Made by a program: the position numbers and the translations under genes
NCBI GenBank assembly: GCA_048571215.1
Contig: CP182352.1
Span: 576,001 to 640,000 of the forward strand
DNA: 64,000 nucleotides
Origin: Halarcobacter sp.
GTDB taxonomy: Bacteria; Campylobacterota; Campylobacteria; Campylobacterales; Arcobacteraceae
Direction: 5' to 3'
In this document: positions 21,760 to 31,899 of the stretch, piece by piece
How positions within the stretch are numbered: the first letter of the stretch is position 1
How the letters are laid out: each line of letters opens with the position of its first letter
Notes under the pieces: generated by a model
Seen by the model: only the letters and a program-made list of their open reading frames with translations
Database searches by the model: none
What the model was told of the DNA's origin: nothing

Positions 21760-22882
21760 TAAAAATAATATTGAAAAAGTAAAGAACAATCAAAATAAAA
21801 GAAAAAAAGCACTTTTGATTTTCTTAGTATTGATTATTTTAGTAGGGGCATCTTTTGGTTTGTATTGGTATTTTTATGCTTCCCATTATGTTTCAACTGA
21901 TAATGCATATACAGATGTTGAAATAGCGCAAGTTACCCCTTCTGTTGGCGGTACAATTAGTGATGTTCTTGTTTCAAATACTCAAGTTGTAAAAAAAGGT
22001 GATATTTTAGTAAAAATAGATCAAACAGATACTTCTTTAGCAGTAGAAGAAGCAAAAGCAAATTTAAGTCTAGCAATTCGTCGAGTAAAAGGTTATATGG
22101 CAAATAATAAAGGCTTAAATGCCCTAATAGAAGCTAGAAAAGCTGATGAAATAAGAATGAATGCAAAACTAAGTTCTGCAAAAGCTGACTTTCAAAAGGC
22201 ACAAATTGATTTAAAAAGAAGAGAAGATTTAATCTCATCTGGTGCAATTTCAGCAGATGAATTAACAAAAGCAAAAAATGCCTATGAAAATGCGAAATCA
22301 AACCTAGATGCAACAATAGCAGAGGTAAAACAATCAAAATCAAATATTGTTTCAGCAATTGGTTCAAGAAATCAAAATGCAACAAAAATTGATGATGTAA
22401 GTGTAGAAAACAATCCAGAAGTTCTTTTAGCAAAAGCAAAATTAGACCAAGCAATTGTAAATTTAAATCGTACAATAATAAAAGCACCAATAGGTGGAAT
22501 AATTGCAAAAAGACAAGTAGAACTTGGACAAAGAGTTCAAGCGGGAACACCTTTATTATCAATAGTTCCTACACAAAATATATATGTAAATGCAAACTTT
22601 AAAGAGGGTAAATTAAGACGGGTTAAAGTTGGTCAAGACGTAATTGTTCATGCAGATATATATGGAAATGATGTTACATATCATGGTAAAGTAGAAGGTT
22701 TTTCTGGTGGAACTGGAGCTGCTTTTTCTTTAATCCCTGCACAAAATGCTACAGGGAATTGGATTAAAGTTGTTCAAAGGGTGCCAGTTCGTATTAAATT
22801 ACTTCCAGAAGAGTTAAAAGTTCACCCTTTAAAAGTAGGTCTTTCAATGGATGTAGAGATAAATACTTTTGATCAAAAATAA
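21731..22882 (+). CDS. emrA: EmrA/EmrK membrane fusion protein (alternative GTG start at 21749)
   Basis: STDNAY, ANFKE, FSLIPAQNATGNWIKVVQRVPVRI. Confidence 0.95.
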   Translation: MKKETIVENNKNNIEKVKNNQNKRKKALLIFLVLIILVGASFGLYWYFYASHYVSTDNAYTDVEIAQVTPSVGGTISDVLVSNTQVVKKGDILVKIDQTDTSLAVEEAKANLSLAIRRVKGYMANNKGLNALIEARKADEIRMNAKLSSAKADFQKAQIDLKRREDLISSGAISADELTKAKNAYENAKSNLDATIAEVKQSKSNIVSAIGSRNQNATKIDDVSVENNPEVLLAKAKLDQAIVNLNRTIIKAPIGGIIAKRQVELGQRVQAGTPLLSIVPTQNIYVNANFKEGKLRRVKVGQDVIVHADIYGNDVTYHGKVEGFSGGTGAAFSLIPAQNATGNWIKVVQRVPVRIKLLPEELKVHPLKVGLSMDVEINTFDQK

Positions 22883-22896
22883 AATGAGAATCTATT

Positions 22897-24447
22897 ATGC
22901 AAAATGATAAAGCTACTTCTGAAGAGCTTATAGGAGAATTTAAATTACCCAAAACAATGTTTTGGATTGCAGCACTTATGCTTACAACTGCAAATTTCAT
23001 TGCAGTTTTAAATATGACTATTGCAAATGTATCAGTTCCTCATATTGCTGGAAATTTAGGAGCAACTGCCTCTCAAGGTACTTGGGTGATCACAGCTTAT
23101 GCCATTGGTGAAGCAATCACTGTGCCACTTACTGGTTGGTTTGCAGCTAGATTTGGAGCTATAAAAGTATTTGTGGTATCTATGGTTATGTTTGGACTAT
23201 TTTCTATAGTTTGTGGGCTCTCTGATTCTTTAGGTTTACTTGTTATTGCAAGAGTATTTCAAGGATTTTCAGGTGGACCTTTGATGCCACTTTCTCAAAC
23301 TTTGCTTTTAAGACTTTTCCCCAAGGAAAAAGCAGGAGTTGCTATAGGGATGTGGTCTATGACAACACTTGTAGCTCCTGTTTTGGGTCCTATAGTAGGA
23401 GGTTATGTTTGTGATGAGTATAGTTGGCCTTGGGTATTTTTCTTAAATTCTCCTATTGTAATTATTTGTGGATTTTTTGCTTGGGAGATATTAAAAGATT
23501 ATAGTGAGCCTTTAGTTAAAAAACCTATTGATGTTACGGGTTTAGTTTTGTTGATTATTTGGGTAGTAACTTTGCAATTAGTATTAGATGAGGGGAAAGA
23601 TCTTGATTGGTTTGCTTCTGATAAAATTGTAATATTATCTACAATCTCCTTTATAGGATTTGTTAGTTTTATAATCTGGGAGTTTTATGAAGAACATCCT
23701 GTTGTGGATTTGAAGATTTTTAGGCATAGGGGATTTACAATCAGTGTTTTAACTGTAAGTTTAGCTTTTGGTGCATATTTTGGTGCCAATGTTTTAACTC
23801 CCCTTTGGCTTCAAACTTTGATGGGATATACAGGAACTCAAGCTGGACTTGCTGCTTGTTGGACTGGACTTGCAGGATTAGTTGTAGCTCCATTTGTAGC
23901 AAAAGCTTCAACTACAGTTGATGCTAGAAAGTTAGTTTTTGTAGGTGTATTGTGGCTTAGTCTTATGACCTTTTGGAGGGGGATTGCAAATACAGATATG
24001 GCTTTTATAGATGTTATGTTACCTCTATTATTTATGGGATTTGGATTGCCTTTCTTTTTCATTCCTTCAATGGGTTTATCCCTTTCAAGTGTTGAAAAAA
24101 ATGAAGTAGATTCAGCAGCAGGCTTATTAAATTTTGTTCGTACACTTTCAGGTGCTTTTGCAACATCATTTGTAGCAACAGCTTGGAGTAATAAAACAAT
24201 TGAATATCATGCCAATTTGGTAGCTATTACTGATAGTGATAGTAGTGCACGAATAGCAATGGAACATTCAGGTATGAGTACAGATTTGATTAATCAAACA
24301 ATAAATATGATGATAAATAAACAAAGTGTAATGTTAGCAACAAATCAAGTTATGATTACACTTTCTGTTGTATTTGTTTTTGCAGCTATTATTATTTGGG
24401 GAGCTGCTAAACCTATAAAAGTCCCTAAGACAACTGCTGGTCATTAA
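22897..24447 (+). CDS. emrB: EmrB/QacA DHA2 MFS efflux permease
   Basis: TIANVSVPHIAG, WVITAY, GGPLMPLSQ, WPWVFFLN; about 14 TM segments. Confidence 0.95.
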   Translation: MQNDKATSEELIGEFKLPKTMFWIAALMLTTANFIAVLNMTIANVSVPHIAGNLGATASQGTWVITAYAIGEAITVPLTGWFAARFGAIKVFVVSMVMFGLFSIVCGLSDSLGLLVIARVFQGFSGGPLMPLSQTLLLRLFPKEKAGVAIGMWSMTTLVAPVLGPIVGGYVCDEYSWPWVFFLNSPIVIICGFFAWEILKDYSEPLVKKPIDVTGLVLLIIWVVTLQLVLDEGKDLDWFASDKIVILSTISFIGFVSFIIWEFYEEHPVVDLKIFRHRGFTISVLTVSLAFGAYFGANVLTPLWLQTLMGYTGTQAGLAACWTGLAGLVVAPFVAKASTTVDARKLVFVGVLWLSLMTFWRGIANTDMAFIDVMLPLLFMGFGLPFFFIPSMGLSLSSVEKNEVDSAAGLLNFVRTLSGAFATSFVATAWSNKTIEYHANLVAITDSDSSARIAMEHSGMSTDLINQTINMMINKQSVMLATNQVMITLSVVFVFAAIIIWGAAKPIKVPKTTAGH

Positions 24448-24565
24448 TAAATAAAATTTATAAATTAGTTTGAAAAAATAGTTAATAATTATTAAAGATA
24501 TACTTTATAAAAGTTTTTATAAATATAGATTATAATGACTTAATATAGTTTTATTAAGGACTCTC

Positions 24566-27500
24566 TTGAAAAAGTTATTTATAAGTATATTTTTATTTTT
24601 TTATATCTTATATGCAAATCAATTGAATTTAACAAAAGATGAAATAGAGTATATAAAAAATAAAAAACTTATAGTAGTTAGTAATGAGTATGATTATGAA
24701 CCTTATGATTTTAATATAAATGGGAAAGCTATGGGGTATTCTATTGATTTGATAGAAGCTCTTTTAAAAAATACTGGTTTAAAAATAAAATATGAAACTA
24801 AACCTTGGGAACAACTACTTGAAGATTTTCATAAAGGGAAAATCGATTTAATTCATACTATTTTAAAAACTAAAGAAAGACAAAAAGATTATAAATTTTC
24901 ATTAGGTTACTCAAATATTATAAGAAATTATATAATTAGAAAAAATAGTAAAGATATAGATAGTATTGAAGAGCTTTTTGGTAAAAAAGTTGGTATATCA
25001 AGAGCTTGGAGTGAAGAGAAATTTTTTAGTAATTTCCCCCAAATAAAAAAAAGATACTATAAAAATATAGAAGATAAATTAATTGCATTAGCCAGTGGAG
25101 AGATAGATGCCATTATAAACAGCTCAAATGTTGTTCAATATTATATTCATAAATATAATTATAATAATCTAAAGATTTCAAATCTTGTAAAAGAGAGTAA
25201 TAACAACAGCTATATTAATTATTATTTTGCTACTTTAAAAGATAAACCCCATTTAATATCTATTATAAACAAAGCTTACGAAAATATATCTTTAGAAACA
25301 ATTGAGAGCTTAAATAGAAAATGGTTTGGAATATTAGATAAAAAATATAGTAAAAGAGTTTTGTTAGATAAAAATGAAGAAAAATTTTTATCAGATAAAA
25401 AGAGTATAAACATGTGTATTGATCCCGATTGGATGCCTTTTGAATCTTTTAAAAATGGGCAATATATAGGAATGAGTGCTGATTATTTTAAGATATTTGA
25501 AAAAAAAATAGGGATTCCTATTAAGGTTGTAGAAACAAAAACTTGGCTTGAATCTTTAGATTTAGGGGAAAAAAGAAAATGTGACATATTCTCACTTATT
25601 ATGCCTACACCACAGAGAAAAAAATACTTAGATTTTACAAAAGAGTATTTTAAAACACCACTTGTTTTTGCATCTGAGATTTTTAGACCTTGGGTAGATG
25701 ATTTTGAGCAAATAAAAGATAAAAAAATAGGTATTGTAAAAGGGTATGCATATGGCGAGATTTTAAGAAAAAAATATCCCTATATAGATTTAATTGAAGT
25801 TAATAATATCCATGATGGCTTAACAAAAGTTGAGAAGGGTGAACTTTACGGTTTTATAGGCACTCTTGCAACTGTGGGCTATCATATACAACATGATCAT
25901 ATTGGGCAAATCAAAATCAATGGTAAGTTTAAAGATAATTGGAAACTTGGTATTGGTACAAGAAATGATGAACCCTTATTAAAAGATATATTTAATAAAG
26001 CTATTGATAGTTTAACTTCAATGGATCATCAAACAATATTAAATAAATGGATTTCTGTTAATATAAAAGGGGAGAATTTCTATGAATTAACAAATAAGGA
26101 AAAAGAGTTTTTAAGAAAACGTCCTATTATAAAATTTTTAGTAAGACCTGCAAGACCACCTTTTGAATTTGTTGAAGATGGTAAAGTTAAAGGTATAGCC
26201 TTAGATTATATTAATAAGATTGGGGAAAAATTAGGTTTTAAAGTAAAGTTTATTGTAAAAGATATTTCATTAAAAGAAACGTATAAAGAGCTTTTATCAG
26301 ATAATAGAGATTTTGATACTTTATTATTTTCTGTCAAAAATAAAAAAAGAGCCCAAAAAATTAATTTTGGAGATACTTTTTTATCTTATCCTCATATGAT
26401 TATAGTAAATAAAAATACAGCTTACGTAGGGAAAGTTGCCGATTTATTAGATAAAAAAGTTGCTGTGGAAGAGGGTTTTTTGACTAATAAGTGGTTAAAA
26501 AGAGATCATCCCCAATTAGAAATAATACCTGCAACAAATACATTAGAAGCTTTAACTATGGTAAACAATGGTAAAGCAGATGCTTATGTAGGTAATATGG
26601 CAGTTGCAAACTATTTGAGCTCTAATAAAGGTTTTGAAAAACTTAAAATCGCTGCTCCCTCTAAATATGGAACTATTGATTATAGATTTGTTGCACCTAA
26701 AGATATTGGTATATTAGCTTCAATCCTTAGTAAAGGATACAAACAATTAACACCAGCAGAACATAATCTTATTGCGCAAAAGTGGTTTTCTCAAAAAACG
26801 GTTGAAAAAATAGATTATGTTTTAATTTGGAAAATTATCGCTTTTTTTATTTTCATTATTTTATGGATGATTTGGTGGAGTAGAAAACTTCATATTGAAA
26901 AAAGAAAAACTGAATTAACTTTGTCTAAATTAGAAGAGACTAAAGATAGATTAAATAAACAAAAAGAGGAGTTTGAGCTTATCTTTAAATATTCCAAAGA
27001 TGGTATAGCAATAATTGATTTAGATACAAATTTTTTAAATCTAAATAATGCTTATACTAAAATTACAGGATATTCAAAAAAAGAGATGTTAAAAATGTCT
27101 TGTTTAAGTTTAGTAATACAAGAAGAGAGATTAGATATTATAAAAACAATAAAAGAGTGTATTCACTTAGGTTATGTGGAAAATTTCCAAAAAACTTGTA
27201 TCGTAGCAAATGAAAAAAAAGTTGATGTAAATATAAGTATGTCTTTATTGCCTGACAAAAATAGAATTTTAATAGTTCTAAAAGATGTTTCCGCTTTAAA
27301 ATTATTAGAAGAACAGTCAAAACTGGCTTCTATGGGACAAATGATTGGTAATATTGCTCATCAATGGAGACAACCTTTAAGTATGATTACTACAAATGCA
27401 AGTGGAGTTAAACTAAAAATAGAGTATGGTAAACTTGACAATGATTATATAATGGAAAATATGGATAGTATAATTAATCAAGCTAATTACTTATCTAAAA

Positions 27501-28027
27501 CAATAGACAACTTTAGAAATTTTATAAAAAATGAAAATAGATACACAACTATAAGTATTAAGGAGACTTTAGAACAAGCACTTAGTATTATAAATGCATC
27601 ATTAAAAAACAATTATATAACTGCTGTTTTAAATATAGAAGATGATTTAAAAATAGAGGGAAATATAAATGAACTTGTTGAATCTTTTATAAATCTAATC
27701 AATAACAGTAAAGATGCCTTAAAAGAAAATATAGAAGATGAGGATGATAGATTTATTTTTATAAGTACAAATCTGGTAGATTCTAATATTTTAGAAATAA
27801 AAATATTAGATAGTGGAGGGGGAATAGATAATAAAATTATAAATCATATCTTTGAGCCATACTTCACCACTAAACATCAATCTATAGGTACTGGACTAGG
27901 ACTCTCTATGGTTGATAAAATTATAAGGGAAAGACATAAAGGGATGATTTCAGTTTATAATCAAAATTTCGAGTACAATAATAAAAGACATAAAGGTGTG
28001 TGTTTTAAAATAGTTTTCAAAGCATAA
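24566..28027 (+). CDS. Histidine kinase with three SBP domains and a PAS domain
   Basis: Three SBP_bac_3-like repeats, PAS, AHQWRQPL, GTGLGL. No adjacent regulator. Confidence 0.92.
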   Translation: MKKLFISIFLFFYILYANQLNLTKDEIEYIKNKKLIVVSNEYDYEPYDFNINGKAMGYSIDLIEALLKNTGLKIKYETKPWEQLLEDFHKGKIDLIHTILKTKERQKDYKFSLGYSNIIRNYIIRKNSKDIDSIEELFGKKVGISRAWSEEKFFSNFPQIKKRYYKNIEDKLIALASGEIDAIINSSNVVQYYIHKYNYNNLKISNLVKESNNNSYINYYFATLKDKPHLISIINKAYENISLETIESLNRKWFGILDKKYSKRVLLDKNEEKFLSDKKSINMCIDPDWMPFESFKNGQYIGMSADYFKIFEKKIGIPIKVVETKTWLESLDLGEKRKCDIFSLIMPTPQRKKYLDFTKEYFKTPLVFASEIFRPWVDDFEQIKDKKIGIVKGYAYGEILRKKYPYIDLIEVNNIHDGLTKVEKGELYGFIGTLATVGYHIQHDHIGQIKINGKFKDNWKLGIGTRNDEPLLKDIFNKAIDSLTSMDHQTILNKWISVNIKGENFYELTNKEKEFLRKRPIIKFLVRPARPPFEFVEDGKVKGIALDYINKIGEKLGFKVKFIVKDISLKETYKELLSDNRDFDTLLFSVKNKKRAQKINFGDTFLSYPHMIIVNKNTAYVGKVADLLDKKVAVEEGFLTNKWLKRDHPQLEIIPATNTLEALTMVNNGKADAYVGNMAVANYLSSNKGFEKLKIAAPSKYGTIDYRFVAPKDIGILASILSKGYKQLTPAEHNLIAQKWFSQKTVEKIDYVLIWKIIAFFIFIILWMIWWSRKLHIEKRKTELTLSKLEETKDRLNKQKEEFELIFKYSKDGIAIIDLDTNFLNLNNAYTKITGYSKKEMLKMSCLSLVIQEERLDIIKTIKECIHLGYVENFQKTCIVANEKKVDVNISMSLLPDKNRILIVLKDVSALKLLEEQSKLASMGQMIGNIAHQWRQPLSMITTNASGVKLKIEYGKLDNDYIMENMDSIINQANYLSKTIDNFRNFIKNENRYTTISIKETLEQALSIINASLKNNYITAVLNIEDDLKIEGNINELVESFINLINNSKDALKENIEDEDDRFIFISTNLVDSNILEIKILDSGGGIDNKIINHIFEPYFTTKHQSIGTGLGLSMVDKIIRERHKGMISVYNQNFEYNNKRHKGVCFKIVFKA

Positions 28028-28034
28028 ACTTTTT

Positions 28035-28442
28035 TTATAAAAGTAAAAAGTCTTCCACAATTTTTTTATGATCAAAAACAAGTTTATCTAAGGGAATCTC
28101 TTCAGGTTTATATATGAAAACCTCTTTTGCATCATCTTGTGCTTTAGGAGTTCCATAAGCTTTACATATATAAACAGCTGATGCAGTATGAAACCTTGGA
28201 TCCCTTTTAGGATCAGAATAGATATTTAATAAAGATTCAATTTGAACATCAAGGTTAGTCTCCTCTTGCATCTCTCTGATTAAAGCATTCTCAACTGTTT
28301 CTCCAATATCAACAAAGCCACCAGGAAGTGCCAAACCAAAAGGTTTATTTAATCTTTCAATTAAAACAATACCCTGAAAGTTTTCATCTCTATCAAAAAG
28401 TTTTATTATCCCATCAGTGCTTAAATGAGGCGTTTTTATCAT
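28035..28442 (-). CDS. NUDIX hydrolase (ADP-ribose pyrophosphatase-like)
   Basis: Nudix box GGFVDIGETVENALIREMQEETNL; RDPR; LVFDH. Confidence 0.93.
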   Translation of the reverse strand: MIKTPHLSTDGIIKLFDRDENFQGIVLIERLNKPFGLALPGGFVDIGETVENALIREMQEETNLDVQIESLLNIYSDPKRDPRFHTASAVYICKAYGTPKAQDDAKEVFIYKPEEIPLDKLVFDHKKIVEDFLLL

Positions 28443-28521
28443 AGTGTTCCTTTATCAATAAAATATAATTTCTTATTTATAAACTTTTAAATATAATACC
28501 AAAAATAATATAGGATATACA

Positions 28522-28794
28522 GTGGAAATTACAAAAATATTAAAAAGAAATGATGATTTGTTATCTTCTGAAATGGATAGTGAATTAGTGATGATGGATT
28601 TAGAATTAAATAATTATTATGGATTAAATAAAATTGGTAAAGACATTTGGGAACTTTTAGAAAATGATTTGACTTTAGAAGAGTTATGTAATAAGCTTAT
28701 TGAAAAATATGAGGTATCTTTTGAACAGTGCAATGAGGATATTAGTCCATTTATAGAAAAATTAGAAAAATTAAATATTGTTAAAGTTTCTTAA
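28522..28794 (+). CDS. PqqD/RRE protein (lasso peptide B1)
   Basis: 90 aa; D.ELVMMD....YYGLN.IG..IW..L...L...YEV pattern typical of lasso RREs. Confidence 0.9.
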   Translation: MEITKILKRNDDLLSSEMDSELVMMDLELNNYYGLNKIGKDIWELLENDLTLEELCNKLIEKYEVSFEQCNEDISPFIEKLEKLNIVKVS

Positions 28795-29139
28795 TTCAAT
28801 TAAGAATTTATTATCAAGATCTAAAAATTAAATTTTTATATTAATTGAGGCTTTTTTTATCTATTAAAAATAAAATATCTTCTTAAAAAATATGATTTTA
28901 ATTATTTAGTAAAAATTTATAACCTTAAAGTTGTAAATGTAGAGATTTGTGAAAAGTTTTGTAAAGAAGAGATTAGTTTAATAAATTGGGCAGTTGAGAG
29001 AAGTGCATCTGTTTTTCCTTGGGATGGTTTATGCTTAGTTAAGGTATTAGTTGTACAAAGAATACTTATATACTATTATTTACATGGGTGTAAAAAAGAT
29101 ATTTCACAGGCAGAACTTAAATCTTATTCCGAAAAGTAA
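28778..29139 (+). pseudogene. Lasso leader peptidase B2 (transglutaminase-like) pseudogene
   Basis: Manual translation: MLKFLNSIKNLLSRSKN*IFILIEAFF / shift in T7 run (28852-58) / YLLKIK...INWAVERSASVFPWDGLCLVKVLVVQRIL / shift / TIIYMGVKK. The catalytic AHAW motif is eroded (ELKSYS). Confidence 0.78.
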
Positions 29140-29296
29140 TAGTTTAAAACTTTTTTATTTATATTATTTTATAAGGCTTTATGACCTAATAAAAGGACAC
29201 ACTTTGAGTATACTTGGTATGAATCTAAAAGATAATAAAAAAGAGTTTCAAAATAAAACATCTTATGTATATAACTATTTAAATAAAAGGCAATAA

Positions 29297-30202
29297 TTGT
29301 ATCACTATAAAGCATTTAATCTTCATTTCCAAACTCCATTTATTTGTCCAGAATTAATCGAAATAGAAGAGAATAACAATTTAGAAAAAGTGATTGTTAA
29401 ATATTCAAAATTCGCTAAAAACTTAAGTAAAAACTTAGTAGATGAGAATAGATATTATCAATCAAATGAAAATGAATACTTGTTAGACATAAAAGATATA
29501 GCAAGATTTTTAATAAGAAATGGAAATGAGATTCTAATAGAACAAAAAGGAAATTTACCAATTGAGACTTTAAGATTATATCTATTTGGTTCAGCTATTG
29601 GAGCACTGCTTCATCAAAGAAAAGCTTTTCCTTTTCATGCAAGTGGAATTGTTACTTCAAAAGGTGTAATTCTATTTTGTGGTGATTCAGGAGCAGGGAA
29701 ATCAACAACTCTCCAAGCTTTTTTAAAAAAAGGCTATAAGAAAATATCTGATGATACAATTTCTATGTTTTATGATGAAAACAAAAAACAAATTATGTGC
29801 GTCCCCTCTTATCCTCAAAGTAAGATTTGGCAAAATACAGCAGATATATTTAATCATGATACAAATGACTTAAGACAAATACATAAAGATTTCAATAAAT
29901 TTGCACTTCCTACTCATGATAAATTTGAAGATAGGGTTTTACCTTTGTATACTATATATGAATTAAATATACATGAGGAAGATAGTTTAAAAATAGAAAA
30001 AATAAATTTAAATACTGAGAAGCTAAATACAATTATTTATAATACTTATAGATACTACTATTTAGATAAACTTCCTCAAAGAAAAAACCATTTTGATTTA
30101 TCATTAAAAATAGCCAAAAGTATAGATATATATATAATATATAGACCAAAAGAGAAAAATAGTTTAGATGAAATTATAAAAAATATAGAAGATATTATTT
30201 AA
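29297..30202 (+). CDS. HPr-kinase-like lasso peptide kinase (PadeK-like)
   Basis: LYLFGSAIGALLHQR..FHAS; Walker A GDSGAGKST; SDD; PSYPQ.KIW. Confidence 0.85.
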   Translation: MYHYKAFNLHFQTPFICPELIEIEENNNLEKVIVKYSKFAKNLSKNLVDENRYYQSNENEYLLDIKDIARFLIRNGNEILIEQKGNLPIETLRLYLFGSAIGALLHQRKAFPFHASGIVTSKGVILFCGDSGAGKSTTLQAFLKKGYKKISDDTISMFYDENKKQIMCVPSYPQSKIWQNTADIFNHDTNDLRQIHKDFNKFALPTHDKFEDRVLPLYTIYELNIHEEDSLKIEKINLNTEKLNTIIYNTYRYYYLDKLPQRKNHFDLSLKIAKSIDIYIIYRPKEKNSLDEIIKNIEDII

Positions 30203-30257
30203 TTATTATATATAAGAAATTTTATGATATACTTTTAGCAAAAATAATGGAGTTTTT

Positions 30258-30377
30258 ATGAAAAATAAAAAAGTTAATATAAAAGAAATTTGGATTAAAC
30301 CAGAAGTTAAAGAGTTAGATGTTAATAAGACTGCAAATGCTACTTCTGTTAATTCAGATGGTTCACTTTTAAGTTAA
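30258..30377 (+). CDS. Lasso peptide precursor A1 (39 aa, missing from ORF track)
   Basis: GGAG RBS. MKNKKVNIKEIWIKPEVKELDVNKTA-NATSVNSDGSLLS*. WxxP...LDV..T leader, Asp at core position 8, C-terminal Ser. Confidence 0.85.
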   Translation: MKNKKVNIKEIWIKPEVKELDVNKTANATSVNSDGSLLS

Positions 30378-30620
30378 GTAAATTATGGCTATTTATTTCT
30401 TTAAACATTTTTAGTTTTAGAATATGATAGATTAAGATTTTTTTTGGTAGATTTTTTAATAAGATTTTATAATTGGACTTAATAAATTTACCGGCTCTTT
30501 ATGTACCCTTTATTATGTTATTATGATTCTAGTGTAGCATTTATAAAAGATGCTCAAAATCATAAACTTTGCAGAATAGAAACAATTTAAAATAAAAAAA
30601 TAAAGATTTAGGAAATTAAT

Positions 30621-31709
30621 TTGAATTGGATTAAAACTATTTTTATAAATATAAATATTTTAATAATATTTATATTTATATTAAATATGTCAAGCATAGG
30701 GATATATAAGATATATCATATTTTGAATGATGTAAAAAATAATGATAAAAAGTATGAACTACCTAGCTACGCAAATCAAGATTGGGCAAAAACTTATTTT
30801 GATGAATTTAATAATGTATCTTTTCAATATAAAGATTATTATGTTTGGAGAAGTTTGCCTTTTTCTGGTGAGACAATAAATATAGATAAAAATGGACATA
30901 GAAAAACATATCAACATCCAGATGAAAATAATTTATCAAAAATAGCTGTTTTTATAGGTGGTTCTACTACATGGGGATTTGGTGCTTATGATGAGGGGAC
31001 CATTCCTTCCTTTTTTTCAAAATATATGAAAGGAAAATATAAAGCTGTAAATTTAGGAGAAAATGGTTATTGTGCATTTCAAGAATATACATATTTGAGT
31101 TATCAATTGGCAAATGGATTAAAACCAGACTTGATAGTATCCTATGATGGTGTAAATCAACTTAAATCTCTACAAAATATAAATGAAGGATTTGGAAGTG
31201 CAAGAGAAAATCAAATTCAAGAAATGATGAAAGGAAAAGATACAAAAAAGGATTTAGAATTTAATATGATTATAAAACCTATAAATGATTTTATAGTTAA
31301 ATTAGTTGAGAAATACAATAATAAAAACAAACAGGAAGAGTTAGATTTATCAGAAAAAAACATTGAATCAGCAGCAAAAGAAGTAATTGAGAGTTGGATG
31401 TTGATAAATAATCTTGCAAAAATAAATAATTCAAAGTATATTATTATACTACAACCAAATCTATACATTGGAAATCCAAAAAAAGATCATCTTATATTAA
31501 GAGAAGAACGAGGAAAAGCATATAAGTTATTGTATAAGAAAATAAAAGATATGATTAAATTGGAAAAATATAAAGATATTTATAGTAAATTTTATGATTT
31601 TACAAATGCATATGATAATGAACAATATTTATACTGTGACGATTGTCATGTATCTCCAGTGGGAAATGAGATAATAGCTAAAAAAATTATTAATATTTTA
31701 AATAATTAG
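30621..31709 (+). CDS. Membrane-anchored SGNH/GDSL hydrolase-fold protein
   Basis: N-terminal TM; FIGGSTTWG block I; NLG; YDGVN; DDCH..P.GN block V. Confidence 0.85.
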   Translation: MNWIKTIFININILIIFIFILNMSSIGIYKIYHILNDVKNNDKKYELPSYANQDWAKTYFDEFNNVSFQYKDYYVWRSLPFSGETINIDKNGHRKTYQHPDENNLSKIAVFIGGSTTWGFGAYDEGTIPSFFSKYMKGKYKAVNLGENGYCAFQEYTYLSYQLANGLKPDLIVSYDGVNQLKSLQNINEGFGSARENQIQEMMKGKDTKKDLEFNMIIKPINDFIVKLVEKYNNKNKQEELDLSEKNIESAAKEVIESWMLINNLAKINNSKYIIILQPNLYIGNPKKDHLILREERGKAYKLLYKKIKDMIKLEKYKDIYSKFYDFTNAYDNEQYLYCDDCHVSPVGNEIIAKKIINILNN

Positions 31710-31765
31710 AATAATATTCATTTGTTTAATGACAGAATTGAACATTAATAAAATAAGAGTTTTAT

Positions 31766-31899
31766 ATGGAAAATAAGAAAATCGAAAAAGTAGAAGTAAA
31801 AAAGTCTTGGGTTAAATCAAAAGTTAAAGAGTTAGATGTTAATAAAACAGCAGCTAGTGGTGGTGCTGTGCGTGGGATGGTTCAGCTTACGCTAGTTAA
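31766..31899 (+). pseudogene. Lasso peptide precursor A2, frameshifted in the core
   Basis: Leader WVKSKVKELDVNKTA shares a 25-nt exact match with A1. Core ASGGA..., then DGSAYAS* in a shifted frame (TAA 31897-99). Confidence 0.78.

Noticed and set aside
29051..29296. 81-aa ORF as an independent gene
   Set aside because: Its start carries a shifted fragment of the B2 pseudogene (TIIYMGVKK); the rest is low-complexity AT-rich sequence.
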